A DNA stretch of 64,000 bases from Catajapyx aquilonaris (Eukaryota): NCBI GenBank assembly GCA_000934665.2, contig JYFJ02000867.1, positions 1 to 64,000 on the forward strand. The letters are read 5' to 3'. The position numbers and the translations under genes are program-made. Below, piece by piece: positions 63,302 through 64,000 of this stretch (its first letter is position 1; every line of letters starts with the position of its first letter). The notes below the pieces were generated by a model. The model saw only the letters and a list, made by a program, of their open reading frames with translations. It made no database searches and had not been told where the DNA came from.

Positions 63302-64000
63302 CTTTGTTGTGATAAGCAAAGTGACACTGATCCGATAGAGCTCTCTCTGTGCTCAGGGTCGTGTCTTTCTGAGCTGCGGGGGCGGTTGGCTTGACGGATA
63401 CAATTGTTACTCGGGTTCTGATGTGGTGAGGGCATTAAACGGCATGGCGTATATCTGTCAAGGCCCGCTGGGTTCAGGCTCAGGTTGGTGTGACAAATTG
63501 TGACATGATTATAGAGGCTAATTTAAACTTCAGGTCTGCTACCTTACTCCTTTAAGTGACTGTGCAGTCGTGGAAAAGAGTAAGGTAGCAGAACTGATCG
63601 GGAATTAGCCTCCTGGACAGGCCAACAAATGTTATTGTGGCTTTGCCACGGTGAAATGCATTCGGACGCGCTCTCTGAGCTGGCCCACGCCTCCACCTCG
63701 ACTCCCTCCACTGCGCCGCGCAGGAAAGGCAGATCTGTGTCGTGTATATCGCAATGATGATCCAAATTACTGTTATTCGGTAGATGTTGTGAATGACATG
63801 GAATTTTTATGGGGTGTGAAAAAAGTCTGGATTTTTCCAGTGAACCGTGAGAGGAATTGAAACGTGTAGTTCAGCCCCGGATTCCCCCCAGTCCGGAGCT
63901 TCCCTGCTCTCCTCTTTCTTCAATAACAGTTGCCGGAGATTTTCCCCATCATTTCCCAGCGATTGTGCAATTAGCTCCGTTTTTGCCTCGTCGAGCTCGG

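Noticed and set aside
62893..63435. ORFs with ER or SL dipeptide repeats
   Set aside because: Translation of the (GA)n microsatellite, with no supporting exon structure.

Overview
This is eukaryotic genomic DNA from an invertebrate animal, probably a non-insect arthropod (inferred from short 56-77 bp introns, an sFRP gene and arthropod-like SINE/Helitron repeats). The first ~35 kb is gene-dense. It holds a strongly divergent TFIIE-beta (GTF2E2)-like gene (+), DOHH (+), an sFRP1/2/5-type secreted frizzled-related protein (-), a Siah/sina E3 ligase (-), kinesin-2 KIF3B (-), and an unrecognised gene with at least 8 phase-consistent exons (-). From ~35 kb to the end I recognise no coding sequence. 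That half contains non-autonomous Helitrons, Helentron-type (HINE/DINE-1-like) elements, MITEs, a tRNA-derived SINE, microsatellites, enhancer-like DNA and a tandem array of CTCF-like motifs. The best leads are the divergent TFIIE-beta paralog, the orphan gene, a dispersed repeat that carries a CTCF-like site, and a stop-free GC-AG intron in sFRP. All gene models were built by eye from splice sites, exon phase and recalled protein similarity; no database search was run.
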